From Podarcis pityusensis (Eukaryota): DNA of 64,000 nt. A program made the translations under genes and the position numbers. The stretch lies in NCBI GenBank assembly GCA_964106645.2, contig OZ067040.1; one strand, written 5' to 3'. Position 1 is the stretch's first letter, and each line of letters starts with the position of its first letter. This document shows positions 35,829 through 48,933 of the stretch, in pieces. A model generated the notes under the pieces. It was given only the letters and a program-made list of their open reading frames with translations, was not told the DNA's origin and searched no databases.

Positions 35829-37598
35829 AAAAAGTTCCCAGAACCCTTTTGCAGGGGTGACAATCCACAGAACTGTGCTTCATTAAGAGCATTGCAGGAT
35901 CTGAGAGGTAATGATGAAAAAGGGATTCTATGATGGGAGCTGTGCAAAAATACATGTAGAACTATAGTAATACAGCTGAACATATGCACAAAGAGTTCTG
36001 CTTCTGTAGGGAACCAGGCTATAAACAAGTATTTAAAAGGAGAAGGTTATAGACATTTTCCTATTAATAACTGCAAACAAAAATAGACCCAAGAACAAGA
36101 AAATTCTTGCATTATTTTAATGAAAACCTTTATTTTGTTCCCCTTTGTACAAAGATGCTTTGTTTGATGCATGTTTTGTAATATTTTCCCATTAATTTGG
36201 ACATTTGGTAAGAAAAGTTTCTTCCAGGTTCTCTCCTTCCCCTTTTCACATTCAGAGAGGGGGTGTACAGACAGTCTTGGAATTTAAGAGAGAGGAAGTC
36301 GAACACAATAGACTGTGAAGTGGAGCAACTCCCACAATCAGTTTTCTGTACAGCTTATTACCAACTGGTCAGAACTAGGTTTTAATTAAATGTTAAGGGA
36401 TAAAGGACAATGATGTGGGCTAAGGAAAGGGAATTCAGCTTTAACTTTGAATTTCCTGACTTTTATCCCCCTCTGTCACTATGTCAGTGTAACTTAAATA
36501 CAGGATTTTAAGATGTAATTTCCTCCTGAAGGTTAAAAGCTGTACTCTCCCCCTCCCCACCTTCAGCTTTGCTAAGAATGTCTTTTTAGCTACTTAATAA
36601 ATTTAATTATGTTATAGTCCACAAGGCCATGTCTGTTGTAACATATAAACAAGGTTCTGTGCAGTCAATTTTTAGAAAGATATTTTGGTTAGGTACAGTG
36701 TTTGTAATTCTGTTCTGTTTGTTTTCAAGCTAAATACATGTAAAAATACTAATATTGTAGGATTAGTATTGTCCCCCTGCTTTTATTTATTCTTGCATTG
36801 CATTGATTTTTTTAAAAAATACTTTTTGGTTTTATTCTGGATTTAATTGCGCTTTCCAGTACCTTTACTTTTGAACTAAGTTTCACTCCCGTTGTTGAAG
36901 CTTACTTCTAAGTAAACATGCTTTGGCTTGAAGGGTTATTAGAAATTTTTGTCATACCCTAATTTCAGCCTTTTGGATAATTATTCCTCTACCTCTTACA
37001 GATAGCAAAAGCAAGAGGGGAGCAATAAGAGCTTAGAGGGGGGTTTCCCTAGCTGACCATACCTGTTTCCCTTCCCAAACCTTCCTGCCACCAAAGAGAC
37101 ACTACAGTACTCTCAATTTAGCCCCTCTTCCCTACCTACAGAGAACAATAACTCACAGTCATACCTGCAGGTCACATAGAAAAGTGTTAATACCTGCATC
37201 AGTCAGGTGAACTCCATCAAGCGAATACAGCTCAGCCCTGGAATGCATGTTTTTACAGTGAGCCACCAACACCTCAAGAAAAGCCACCCAAATCTCACAG
37301 TTAACTTCCTTCTGAAACTATATTGTTCTGAGCTGTAACAAGCAACAGTTACTTACTGTGTTAATATAATAGTTTACTGTTGCATCTTAGAGGATTTGAA
37401 CAAATCCTTGTACTGTATACAACATTTCCTTTCTTTAATGAACATACACCGAAAAATGAGGTAGTTGAAAACATTAGATTCATCTTATTTTATAGTTACT
37501 TTGCATTACAGGGCTAGCACAGAGTATTTAAGCCAAAAAGAATGAAAACTAATTTTTGAAGTCATGCTTATCATATAACAATAAGCAATTTGTGCAAT

Positions 37599-37612
37599 TG
37601 ACCTGCTGACCT
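37599..37612 (-). promoter_or_regulatory. Perfect DR2 nuclear-receptor element (RARE-type)
   Basis: TGACCTgcTGACCT on plus equals AGGTCAgcAGGTCA on minus. Confidence 0.5.
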
Positions 37613-38805
37613 TAACTCCTAAGACACTGTCACATTTCTCCTTTGCTCCTTTGTCCAATTGAACAATGCGACTTAAAATAATGCAGAGCTTGAAAGTTTC
37701 TCAGAATTGTAAGGTCAAGCTTTGGTCACCATAGCTACAATTTAGATCTCTGGGTCAAAGGGCAAATAGATTAATGATGTCAGACACGTCTTTAAATGGT
37801 TCTAACACTACTTCACCATGCAGTAAGCAGCTGAGCATATTTGATATGACAAAGGCCTTCTTAAGTCTTGCTAATAGGAGGATCGTTGGAGACATCTGAC
37901 AGAATAGACTTTTCCTTTGTGCGGAAATGTTCAATATTAAGCAATAGTGGGCATCAGCAGTGAGCTGCTTCAATTCAAACTGCCATAAGTTGATTGCTGT
38001 ACTGGCTAAAGGGCTTGCACTATCACTGCCCTCTTTCTTTCTGGTTATCTGAGTCCTTTGTCCAGTGTTCATTCTATTTGGCTGACAGCCACAAAAAAGG
38101 GGCAGAGAAAGTTGGAGGAAGATACTGCACTAGGCTTGCTCTTTCATTTGCCAGGCTGCTGGTTCTGAAGCAGAGTGTGAGATGGAAGTCTTAAACTAAC
38201 ATTTAAAAATTGTCATTCAAACTTTTTTCTCAATGCATATCATATTTAAACATATACTTAACAGGGGGGTTATATTTTACATGTACTTAGGTGCAGAAAA
38301 ATGGATCTCATTTATCTGTGTAATTATGCTTTGAAGAGTTTAGTCTGCTAATGATTGTTAAGATGCAGTTTGCAAATAGAAGCATAGCCAAGAGTAAGAA
38401 AAGAAATAGGAATGGAGTGGAGAAAGTAACCTGAGGAAGAATAATCATGGTGGGGAGATAACAAGAACTAGGCTGGACACTGATGTCTTTGCTCCCAGGT
38501 CACTGGAAGCTCTGATTTTTCTGCCGCATTCTATACATTGCTGAAATAGCTCTGTACTTTTCTCCATAAAGACTGTATTTTTCTGTTATAAAAGCTGTTG
38601 TTTTCCAGTGACTGAATAGTAAGAAAGAGTCTTGGTTCTATGCTTGAACACTTCCATCACAAAAAATGTCTAACAGGAGTCTGTCCAGGTTTGCCCATAG
38701 TCATTCTGATGCTGCGTGTACTAAACTCCCATGCAAGAAGGGTCTCAGTCAACAGCCACATTAGGGACAGTTCCTCATACACACTGGATGTAACATGGCT
38801 GTGCT

Positions 38806-38932
38806 CAGGGGTGCCAATTTGAATAAAATATTGAGTGGGGCCAGGTAAGCCCCGCCCCACATAATTGATCACATGACATTTTATTGTGGGGGGGGGCAAA
38901 GGGACTTCGACCCCTAGGAGTTGGCTCCTATG
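38806..38932. mobile_element. Short hAT-type MITE
   Basis: Imperfect TIRs CAGGGGTGCCAA / TTGGCTCCTATG and an 8-bp TSD GCTGTGCT / GCTGTTCT. Confidence 0.7.
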
Positions 38933-41468
38933 GCTGTTCTACTTCGACCATGAAAATGAGGAAAGAAGCTGTTACAGGCAAAATGGCATCCGATAGTTGA
39001 GCTCATATGACTGCATTTTTCCTAGTAAAAACAAATGCTCCCACCACCCCCACTCATAGATGTATTGAAATATTTTTAAAGCATACTGTAGTCCATGGGG
39101 AAAATAGCTGGAATTATGGCAGTGCAATTGGTCTACTATTGAACACTATATAGAGTAGCATCTTATTTCTAGCACCTTGTAAAGTGGCGGCCAAAATGCT
39201 GCTCAGCTGAGTTGTGTGGGGAGCTTGAGTTTTCATCTGACTCCTTGTAAAGTATCTTTTAATTTGGCTCAACCTATTACTATTCAGTATGTCTCTAACT
39301 GGATGGTGAACATCATTCCTTGTCTGTTAATCACATAAATGTATTTATAAATTTATGTGATTCAAACAATGACACCAAAATATATAACGATGACATCCTA
39401 TGCCTTCCCAAGTTTCTGTTATTTCAACCACCTTCAAGAGCAGCACAGCAAAAATAGCTGGGCAACATATGGATAACATATTCAATCTGCCCTACAAAGA
39501 TGGGCCCATATAGTTTTCTGGCTATTTAACTCCATTTCAAAATATGGCAAGATGGGTCTTCTGCCTCCACTGAGTCACAAATGCACAAGTGAATATCACA
39601 GTCTGTCTGGTAGAGTCTGTCTTTCCAACACTGCAGTTGGCATGACTTTAAGCCTTCCACGACCTACAAACAGTTTACTCCATATAATACAATTTTCCAA
39701 CAAATGAGATTGTTTGCAGTATCACTGCCCAGGGGAACATTTTGATGAATGGAATAGTGACAGATCCTCTTGCTTGTCAATGTCCACCGTTTATATTTTA
39801 TAGCTTCATGTTTGGCAGCTTTAGCCCCAATTCTCACGAAACACAGAAGATTACTGAGGGACAAGCCGCAACACTGCCAACAACCACACACTAGGCTAAA
39901 GCAAGAGCCTTTCAACCTAGCTGGCATCTGTGCCTTTTCCTCAAGACACAGATTGGACAATTTATTTTAGGCCATATTAAATCATTTAAAACAATCAAGA
40001 AGCCTGTAGTGCTTTCCTATGAAGCTAATGCCAGTGAATTGTGTTTGTTTACTAATGTTTCAAAATCTTTCTAATCAACAGTTCCTACAGTCAATTTTAT
40101 TGAATTTTAAGCAGTACTCTATAATACTGATAACATATGACAGTCATACAAAAATTAGAGAAATTGTTTCTTTATTTTGTGCCTTCTACCACTCACTCAG
40201 TGGTTGTGGGGCCAGATCAGGATTAGGTTGCCCGCTGCCAAAAAGTTATTTCTAAAGACCTTTTAAATTAATTGATTAACCTATACATACCACAGCACAT
40301 TCTATGGACTCCTCAGTGTTCTTGTGTTGGTTGTATCTTTGTTTGACATATAATGTATGTTTTAACTTCTACCAAGAACACTTGGTTATAATAAATAAAC
40401 ACTACTTTTCTATTTCCTTCAAATCGATAATTATTTAATTGCATTAAAAATATATGGGAACTGTTACGGTCCCCATTGATAAATATTTACCTTTAGTGTG
40501 TGCTGTGTTTAAGTTGACACTTGTCAGAGCCATATGAGGATATTAAAGATTTTCTTTGGACAGACCTGTTCGGTGGTAGCTTGAGTGTACATTTGGCACT
40601 TGTTTAGTTTTCAAACATTATAGTTCTAGGAAATAAACTAGACTCTGATTTATGGTAACATGCTGCTCTGACAAGAGTTGAGCTTGCTACTAGCATTGAC
40701 TTGAAATGTTTTGGCATTTGGCACATAAAGCTTTTAAGCAGCTACATAAACCTGATGAACTTCCACAGAGCTTAGCCTCCCTTAGTCAGTTTTTTTAAAC
40801 ATAAAGATAGTAGAGCCTTGTAAAAGACTGTATGAAGTAGCATCTAAAATTGGCTGCATGGTAGCCCAGTGGAACTTCCATCTCTTAGATATCTACGGGT
40901 ATTTTTAAATTGACGTTGGGCATTGCATCTTGTGAAGCCTACTTGCCCATCAGCTGCAAAAGTAACCATTGGTGGCTCTGCATCCATAACAAGAGCTGTG
41001 TCTGGAGTAATAATATCTGGGGGCTGAGGGAGGAGGTGAGTGACCTCTGGGAAGTCAGGGAGCAGAAGGGGTTTTAGGCGGGCATCTTGTGATGGACCCT
41101 TCTGAACTCCACAGGCTGTTGGCAGGTGCCTATCCATGCTGATAACAAATGCTGGCCCTGAGAACTGAGCACAAGGTCTTATAGCTGTAAAGGTGACTTG
41201 TTGTTCAGTTTTGAAAGTTGTTTTATCTAACCACACTTTTTTGTTTTTATAAAGAGCATTCAAAGATGGAGATAAAAATATTAATTATTCTCTAAAAATT
41301 GATTTGGATGATTGACCTTAATGTAAGCTGGTTGCCACAAATTCTTAGTTGTACCCTGTTTTGAAGAAATTCTCAACATAGAGAAAAATGATTAAAAAGT
41401 ACCCATCATGTGTTTTCCCCCTCAGCACAAAGTGAGTCATGTTATCAAATTTGAAGAACTATGAAAGC

Positions 41469-41471
<3 letters not shown>

Positions 41472-41513
<42 letters not shown>

Positions 41514-41535
41514 ATGTGTGTGTGCGCACACACAC
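41472..41535. repeat. (GA)n followed by short (TG)n/(CA)n
   Basis: Seen directly. Confidence 0.95.
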
Positions 41536-42137
41536 TCTTTTCCAGTTCAGATTGTGTTGATACTAAATTTCATTAACTTTGGTTGTGTTGGCTGAAACTT
41601 TAAAATGAGTACTGTAAATTACTTTCATCATTCTCAAATCTAAAATAAGTATATAATCATCAGATAGCTGCGTTCATTTTGCCCATTAGTTTTAATCCTG
41701 GCTAATATAACCCATAAATTATATGTTGCTTATCACATATTGAATTTTTAAATGGTAGGCATTTAATTTGTTTGTGAGTGTTTAATAGAGTGCTCCCTTT
41801 GCTGATTCATAGATTTGTAACATACATTAGAACTGTGGATGGCCACTTATTGTTTCAACAAACACTAATTTGCTCTTGGCTATGCGCTCTCTGAAACAGT
41901 AACTCTAGTGGTACAAGAGCTATCCCATTATTTATTGTATAATTATTTCTTGTTAACTATTGAAGGCCTCCCAGGAAGGGAGAAGAAGGAGAGAGTGAAA
42001 TGGTGGCAAGATTCAGTGATGTACATTAACTTTTGCTGCTGAGGAGAAGGGGAAGGGAGAGGCGATAATTATTATGGAAGGTTTTTTGTGTTCTGTTGAG
42101 AACACCATGGTAGGGGAAATTTGGGTGAAGTAGGGTT

Positions 42138-42485
42138 GGAACGCAGGTGGTGCTGTGGTCTAAACTACTGATCCTAGGGCTTGCTGATCAGAAGGTCGGC
42201 GGTTCGAATCCTTGCGATGGGGTGAGCTCCCGTTGCTTGGTCCCTGCTCCTGCCAACCTAGCAGTTTGAAAGCATGAAGTGCAAGTAGATAAATAGGTAC
42301 CGCTCTGGTGGGAAGGTAAGCGGCATTTCCGTGCGCTGCTCTGGTTCGCCAGAAGCGGCTTAGTCATGCTGCCCACATGACCCGGAAGCTGTATGCCGGC
42401 TCCCTCGGCCAGTAAAGCGAGATGAGCGCTGCAACCCCAGAGTCGTCCGTGACTGGACCTAATGGTCAGGGGTCCCTTTACCTTT
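42138..42485 (+). mobile_element. Sauria SINE, near full-length
   Basis: A box TGGTGCTGTGG, B box GGTTCGAATCC, (CCTTTA)n tail; TSD-like TAGG(G/A)TTGGAAC on both flanks. Confidence 0.9.
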
Positions 42486-43834
42486 AGGATTGGAACTCAA
42501 GGATAGTAAACCCCACTGAAGAGATGTGAGGATGGGCAACAGATGGGAAAACATTAACTTTGGGAGGGGATGAAAAAGAAGAAGGGATCAAGGCTCAGAA
42601 ATTAAAGGAGAGGCAGGAACCTCAGGAAACGGAAGGAACAAAGGACAAAAACTCTGGAACTTTCAAACTTAGGTAAATTCTGGCATGCCAGCAATGTTAT
42701 AAATCTGAGTTCACATAGATAGGTAATGGGTGGCACACTGAGGTTATGATTAGATTAGAAATGGAAGGAGGTTTGTGTTGGGAAATGAAGTCCCACGTGT
42801 GTGGGAAACTGCAAAAGAAAAACAGTTGACTGTCTGAATTCAAAAAGCATGTGGGGCTTAACATACTCTCTAGTTGAAAGAGTTTAAAATAGAAATGCAT
42901 GCAGCATTTGCAAAACATGGGAAATAAAGGTTATTAAACCTTTAAATGTCCCAGTATTAAGAGCTCACAATTGTGCTCTCTGCCTCTACCACCTGAATAG
43001 AGTACCACCTTAAGTAAGGTTAAAATGTTTTACTTAGAGTAATCAGAGGTCTCACTCATGCAACATTCACTTTACTTCTTCTCTCTCTGTGGGTGAGCCT
43101 TCTCTAGTAATTAAGAACTCTCTGTTCCTTAACCCCTTACTTACTGGCAATTATGCAGTTATGTTTAGCTGCATAAATCTCCCACAGTTTTCTGTTAATG
43201 ATCTTGGAAAGTTCTATGCTTATTGCATAGTGGGTGAGGCCACTCCCTTGTCTATGTCAATAGATTTTCAGTAGGAAGCTTACAACTTGATCTGCCCCAT
43301 GAAGCTACATCTCTTATAGTTCCTGTTCAGACGTAGCAAATAAAACTATTTGAGACAAAGTACTCCATGGTGAGGGGTACAAAATAGTGGCAGAACTCTG
43401 TTCTTTGACAATGCAGTGCATGCTGTTGATTATACATCATGGTATTGACACCACTGTGACATTGGGGGATGGGGGATGAGGCACAGCAGAGAGATATTGA
43501 AATTATAGTAAATCTCTCTGCTCTATACAAACTTGAAGTGAGCTGTTGCTTTGCAACAAGAATGTAAGACATTCTTACATGTATTACATGTCATTTAACT
43601 TGGATTCAGAGCTACATTACAAGATGCAGTATTGTTCACAGCTTTTAAATAGCAAACAGGTGTTGAAAATGTATTGCTTTGAAGTAAATATTTGAGCTTT
43701 AGAATTGATGCTATTTTGCTTGTAGGGTGCACGATAAGCTAAAGAAAGCAAAAGGGGTTACCTTTTAAAGAAAGAAACTTTGAAGCAATCCACAGCCACC
43801 TTAACATGGAGCAATCCAGTGTTCAGTAGGATTG

Positions 43835-44195
43835 TAAAGGTAAAGGTACCCCTGACCGTTAGGTCCAGTCGTGGACGACTCTGGGATTGCATGCTCATCT
43901 TGCTCTATAGGCTGAGGGAGCCGGCGTTTGTCCGCAGACAGCTTCTGGGTCATGTGGCCAGCATGACTAAGCCACTTCTGGTGAACCAGAGCAGCAGACG
44001 GAAATGCCATTTACCTGCCCGCCAGAGTGGTACCTATTTATCTATTTGCACTTTGACGTGCTTTTGAACTGCTAGGTGGGCAGGAGCTGGGACCGAACAA
44101 TGGGAGCTCACCCCGTCGTGGGGATTCGAACCACCAACGTTCAAATCGGCAAGCGCTCGGCTCTGTGGTTTAGACCACAGCGCCACCCGCGTCCC
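43835..44195 (-). mobile_element. Sauria SINE, full-length
   Basis: The reverse complement begins GGGACGCGGGTGGCGCTGTGGTCTAAACCACAGAG and ends in a (TACCTT)n tail. Confidence 0.9.
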
Positions 44196-44807
44196 GCTCT
44201 ATTCTAGTAGTAGGATTACTTTTGATTAAGTGCCTAGTGATAGTAGCCCACCATAACAGTAACCATGCTTATTCAACTCACATATTATTGCTGCTTCGCT
44301 TTCACTTTTCAAAATTCATTAAGTGAAAATCTGACTGAGTCCCAACAAATAATTATTTGTTAACATTATTTAGGTTGTGCTAAAATGAAGAAACATTGTG
44401 ATTTGCCCAAGGCTGTGGAATGATTGGTGACGGTCAAGATTAGAACTTAATTAGTATATAATGAGAGAGGAAAATGGCAATGGGTAATTAGGAAGCAGAA
44501 GCAGCAATTACCATGCTAACAAAGCTTCTGAAGATTTTCTGAAAGCCAGACCTGCATTGCCCCACCTGAGAAATATCAAAATGAAGTGAAATACTAGTGA
44601 GTTCAATAATTTAACTCTTATCGGTAGAGACAAATGGAAGGGGATGTTTGTGAAGAAGATTCTAGAGCAGTGAGCAATGTAATTTTTTCAAAAGAAGAAA
44701 GTGACTGAAAAAAATATATAGGTGGAGGTTAATGGAAGGTAGACTTCAATGAATATATCTAAAGCATGTTTTATATTGCTTGCCTTCTACAGCACAATGT
44801 GAATATG

Positions 44808-45053
44808 GAGGGTAGCCGTCTTTGCCTGTTGCTCAAAACAACAAAGCATTGGATCCATGTGAAGGTATTTGCAGTTAGTTTCCATTGAAATTAACGATAA
44901 TTAAGTCTTGACTTATTTTCACATGGATTTTTAGTGGAACCTAAGTGCAAATAAATTAAGATGGAAACAACATGAAGCATACAGTGGCATGTTGAAGGCT
45001 AATAGATTTATTTTGGCACATGCTTTTGTCGGCCAGAGTCCTCTATTAGCTGC
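44808..45053. mobile_element. Penelope-like element terminal remnant, split by a roughly 120-bp insertion
   Basis: GAGGGTAGCCGTC...AAAACAACAAAG and GTGGCATGTTGAAGGCTAATAGATTTATTTTGGCAC...GCTTTTGT match the reptile Penelope terminal pattern as I recall it. Confidence 0.55.
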
Positions 45054-45153
45054 TTGAAAAGCTTTTCTAATTGGGTAGAGACATATACTCCGAGTGCAAG
45101 AGAGAAGAAGAAAAATAAAATATTGATTACATGATGTTTTGTGTCATAGACAT

Positions 45154-45362
45154 AGCTGGTGTGGTGTAGTGGTTAGAGTGTTGGAGTAGACCTCAGACAC
45201 CAGGATTCAAATCTCCACTCAGTCAAAAAGCTCACTGGGTGACCTTGAGTCAGTTACTCACAATTCACCTAACCTACCTCTCACAGTAGTTATGTGGATA
45301 GGAGGAGAATTATGTACGCTACCTTGAGCTCCTTGGATATAAAGTAAAAAATAAAGAAATAT
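45154..45362 (+). mobile_element. tRNA-derived SINE (Squam3-like)
   Basis: Head GTGTGGTGTAGTGGTTAGAGTGTTGG, B box GGATTCAAATC, core GGGTGACCTTG. Confidence 0.75.
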
Positions 45363-46074
45363 GAAAGATGTAGAAAAATTACAGTACAGGAAATGAAAAT
45401 TCCTGAAACTGGGGAGACTTTGCATACCTTCCAACCTTCCTTGGATAACAATAGGGAAAGGTATATTTGTAAGACCTGTTCTCACTCCCTCTGCCTGATT
45501 TACACATTGCTGAAGATTCTTCTTGTGCTGCTGTACTATAGGGTTGTATTAATTTACTCTGTAGTAGTTCATTACATAGTGGTTTCTGAAGCAGGGGGTA
45601 TTAAAAAATAAATGGGTGATATTAAACTAAATTTTACTCGTAGTATACCATTTGAAATTAATGAACCTAGACATGTTCATTAATTTCAGTAGGTCTGTTC
45701 TGAGTAAAACTTTGGTGGTATTCAACTAAAGTTAATAGAATGTTTAATCTTACAGCCTGTAACTTGGTACTTACGATAGAACTGCTGGAAATCAAACATA
45801 TAGAGCAGTTGGAAGGGAATAGTAAGCAAAGTACTGGCTTTGTGTTCATGTGTTTGTATTTGCATGCTTCTGCTATACAGTCAGTGTCTCTCTCCTACTC
45901 ACAGAAATTTAGCTTACAGATAACCTATGGAGGAGTCAAACACCCAAGGAACTGCAGTGCATGTATGCACATGCTAACAATTTTTCAAAAACGCATCTTG
46001 AATTTATCCCCAGAAGGCCAAATATGTATACTAGTGTTTAAAACACAAACAGGTCCAATAAAATAGGGACCGAA

Positions 46075-46677
46075 TGTCATGGACTGTTTGGATGCAGAGG
46101 AATGGCAGGGCAAACTAGCTGGGGAACCATTAAGGGAGGAAGGCTCAGAGCCCATGGAGTGGTGGTGGGACAGTGATAAGTGGTCAGAAGAAGAAGATTA
46201 GGAGGAGAAGGTGTCAGAAATGGAATAGGTAACAGGGCTTTGTGAGTCTGTGGCAGCGAAAAGTTCAGAATCAGTGGCAAAAGCTAAACCAGGACAGTGG
46301 GAGAAGGGAGGCCAAGAGGCAGAGATGAGTCAGGCTGGTGAAGAGCCACGGGTGTCTCCCCCGCCTGCTGCGACAAGCTCCCTTCCCTACTTCCAGAACC
46401 AGAGGGGGCATGAAAAGGGTGGAGGAGAGGTTGGCTGGACACAGACACTGTCTCGGATTGCTTGGGAAAAGCCCTGGAGAGGAGGGGAGTTAGACTGCTG
46501 GGAGGAGGTGGGGTCTTTCAGTTTTGGCAACTGATTTTCATGGAGTAAGACCACCAGGAATGAGCTGCTCTGCTAGACATGATACTCAACCAAGTCTGTG
46601 GAGACCATGTTTTTGCCAATGAAGAGTTAACTCCAACTTCAAACTGTGTGGTTATTGACCAGCATGTTCCAGTGTCA
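46075..46677 (+). mobile_element. Solo LTR (Gypsy/ERV-like), 603 bp
   Basis: TG...CA termini, 5-bp TSD CCGAA / CCCAA, purine-rich GC-elevated body, and a degenerate polyA signal (AATGAA) near the 3' end. Confidence 0.7.
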
Positions 46678-48201
46678 CCCAATATGGAAAATAGGGATAA
46701 ATAGAGCATATGTGGTTTAATTTGGGTGCCGTGGGTATCGTGCGATTGGTAATAAAACCAAAATTATAATCAAGCATAGGAGGCAAACTGCACATTTAAT
46801 AAGTGGGCTGAAAATAATCCATTAGGAACTCTCTCTAAATCCATAAAGAGAGAGTGAGGGTGGAGGAGGGAGAGAAATAAAGTCTGATTTATGGCTGAAC
46901 CTTGATAAGTAGGTTAAATAATATGCAGTGTAATGGAAGATGGAAGTACATTGGAGTCGGGGGAGCTAAGTAAAGAACAACAGTGGAGAAAAGTGAGGGG
47001 CAGTATAGTAGAGAACAATGTTTACAGTGTTTAAAAATAAATGTTCCAAAGCCCAACTCATATTCTACCAGCGACATCATAGGAATTGCTGCAGTGTGGC
47101 AGTTTTCATGCTGCTTCAGTAACATTTGGTTGAAGCAGATCAGGTAAGTGAAGCCAACACTGCCCAAGTCAGTGCAGTGCTGGCATAGAAAGTAGCCAGA
47201 TGATTTGCAGTGCTACAGCCGACTTCAGACATGGTTGGAGTGCTGTAAGAATAGGAACCTTATCGCTGAAAGTCTGGGAATCCGAGTTAGGACTCTGAGG
47301 AAATACATTCAGCATCAACTTCAGGTCCTTGCAGAAAGGTGAATAGGCCACACCAGCAGCTGTGAAGCTGTATCCACCACTCTGACAAAGCATAGTCCAA
47401 ATTAGGATATTTAGTAGGCAGGGCATGAGATGATAGCATCTAAGTCTTTAAAATGTGCAAGAAATATGTAGGAGAAAAAAGCCCAGATAGCAATATTGGT
47501 GTAATGAAAATTTTGATCACTAATTCTGCCTTTTGATAATGGTGGGACTGAAAGTGGGGAGCACACAAGGTGTATATTAAAAAATAATTGATTTCTGTTT
47601 TAATATATATTAAGCTGCAAGAAAGTGACTAATAATTCCACAGACAGTTGCAGTCCTTATTCACTCAAGTCAATGGATGATTATCTAGTTAAGTATGCAC
47701 CTATGTTATTCAAAAAAGAGCAAGCAGTTCTACTTTTCGGTGCAGCATTTCAGCTGGCACTTATCGCAACAGTTCATTTAGGAGGACAATTGGCCTTTCC
47801 CTGTTGTTTTGCAGTTTCTAAGACATTAAAAATCACCATTTAATCCTGTTTACACTCCACAGAGAACTAATCCTTGTTATTGGTTCTTTGTACTGAATCA
47901 TTGAGTTAGAACCTTTAGCCTTAACAGATGTGTTTGCAAAGGGAAAACTAAAATGCACATTGAAAGGGAGGAAAATGGAATATAGTTTCTTTCTGCTCCA
48001 GCATAAATACCCATGGAAATAGATTCTACAGAATTAGGTGGAAAATATTGTAGAAATATCCTTTTTATGATTTTGAAGAAGAGAAAGTAGTGCACACAGG
48101 GACTACTCTATATGGAAAAAGAAAGCATTCTTGATAAATTTTAGTGTTTTTCATGCATTGCTTGAGGTGTTGTCAAAGGAGAAGTAAAGTATATGCTAGA
48201 T

Positions 48202-48390
48202 CAGAGCTTTCCAAACTGTGCGTGTATCGCACAGTGTGTAGGTGTGTCGTGCGAATGCTCCCCACGCTCCTCCTAGGGCTGGAAAGGGGTTAGTTTAACC
48301 TCAGGTTTGCTAGTAAAACTGAATTACTGTGTTGCAAAATGATGCATGTCAAAAAGTGTGTCGCCAACATGAAAAGTTTGGAAACCTCTG
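48202..48390. mobile_element. hAT (Charlie-like) MITE
   Basis: TIRs CAGAGCTTTCCAAACT / AGTTTGGAAACCTCTG and a perfect 8-bp TSD TGCTAGAT. Confidence 0.9.
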
Positions 48391-48933
48391 TGCTAGATGG
48401 AGTCAACATGTTTTTAAGCTCATGAAAAGCACCCATGTTTTGGTAGAGCACTAGCTAACTTTTCTATAATTATGCTCTTATTGATCTAGACTAATTTAGA
48501 ACTTTTGTCCTTGTGGATGTTGTTAGGTTAGCATTACATTCCAAGGAGGAATACCAGAAGGCATGTAAGAGCTTAAAACCTCCTGCTTTGTTTATTCTGT
48601 TTTTCATTTAGTGTAAATCTTCTGTTGTAAACACTAAGAAGGAAAGTGAATGCAATCTTTCTCCTGTCTTTTTTTTTAAAAGCATCTATCAAGAGAGTTC
48701 CTCATGGTTTGGATTACTCAGAGGTGGGTTAGAGTGTTATATATTGTTATGGGTTTGTATGTGCTAGAATTTAATTAAGGCTTAGGACATCAGAAGCTAA
48801 TTAAGATAGGTTAGTCACCTGTGTGAGGTGGTAGCTAGACTCATGTGTGTTTTGAGCTGTGTGTTAGAGGCTTTTAATTCTCTGGAATCAGCACGTGTCA
48901 AAAGCTAATTACATCTGGCAAACTTCCTAAACT

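Noticed and set aside
40844-41263. 139-aa minus-strand ORF with KNKKVW resembling the MACROD2 N-terminus
   Set aside because: Wrong strand for the host gene, non-ATG start, similarity limited to a few residues and no recognisable domain.
4230-44067. Four similar short ORFs containing NQSS (4230, 35185, 42188, 43780) suggesting a peptide family
   Set aside because: All are translations of Sauria SINE copies.
47135-47150. CAG|GTAAGT as another recursive splice site
   Set aside because: There is no polypyrimidine tract upstream and there are several nearby AGs.
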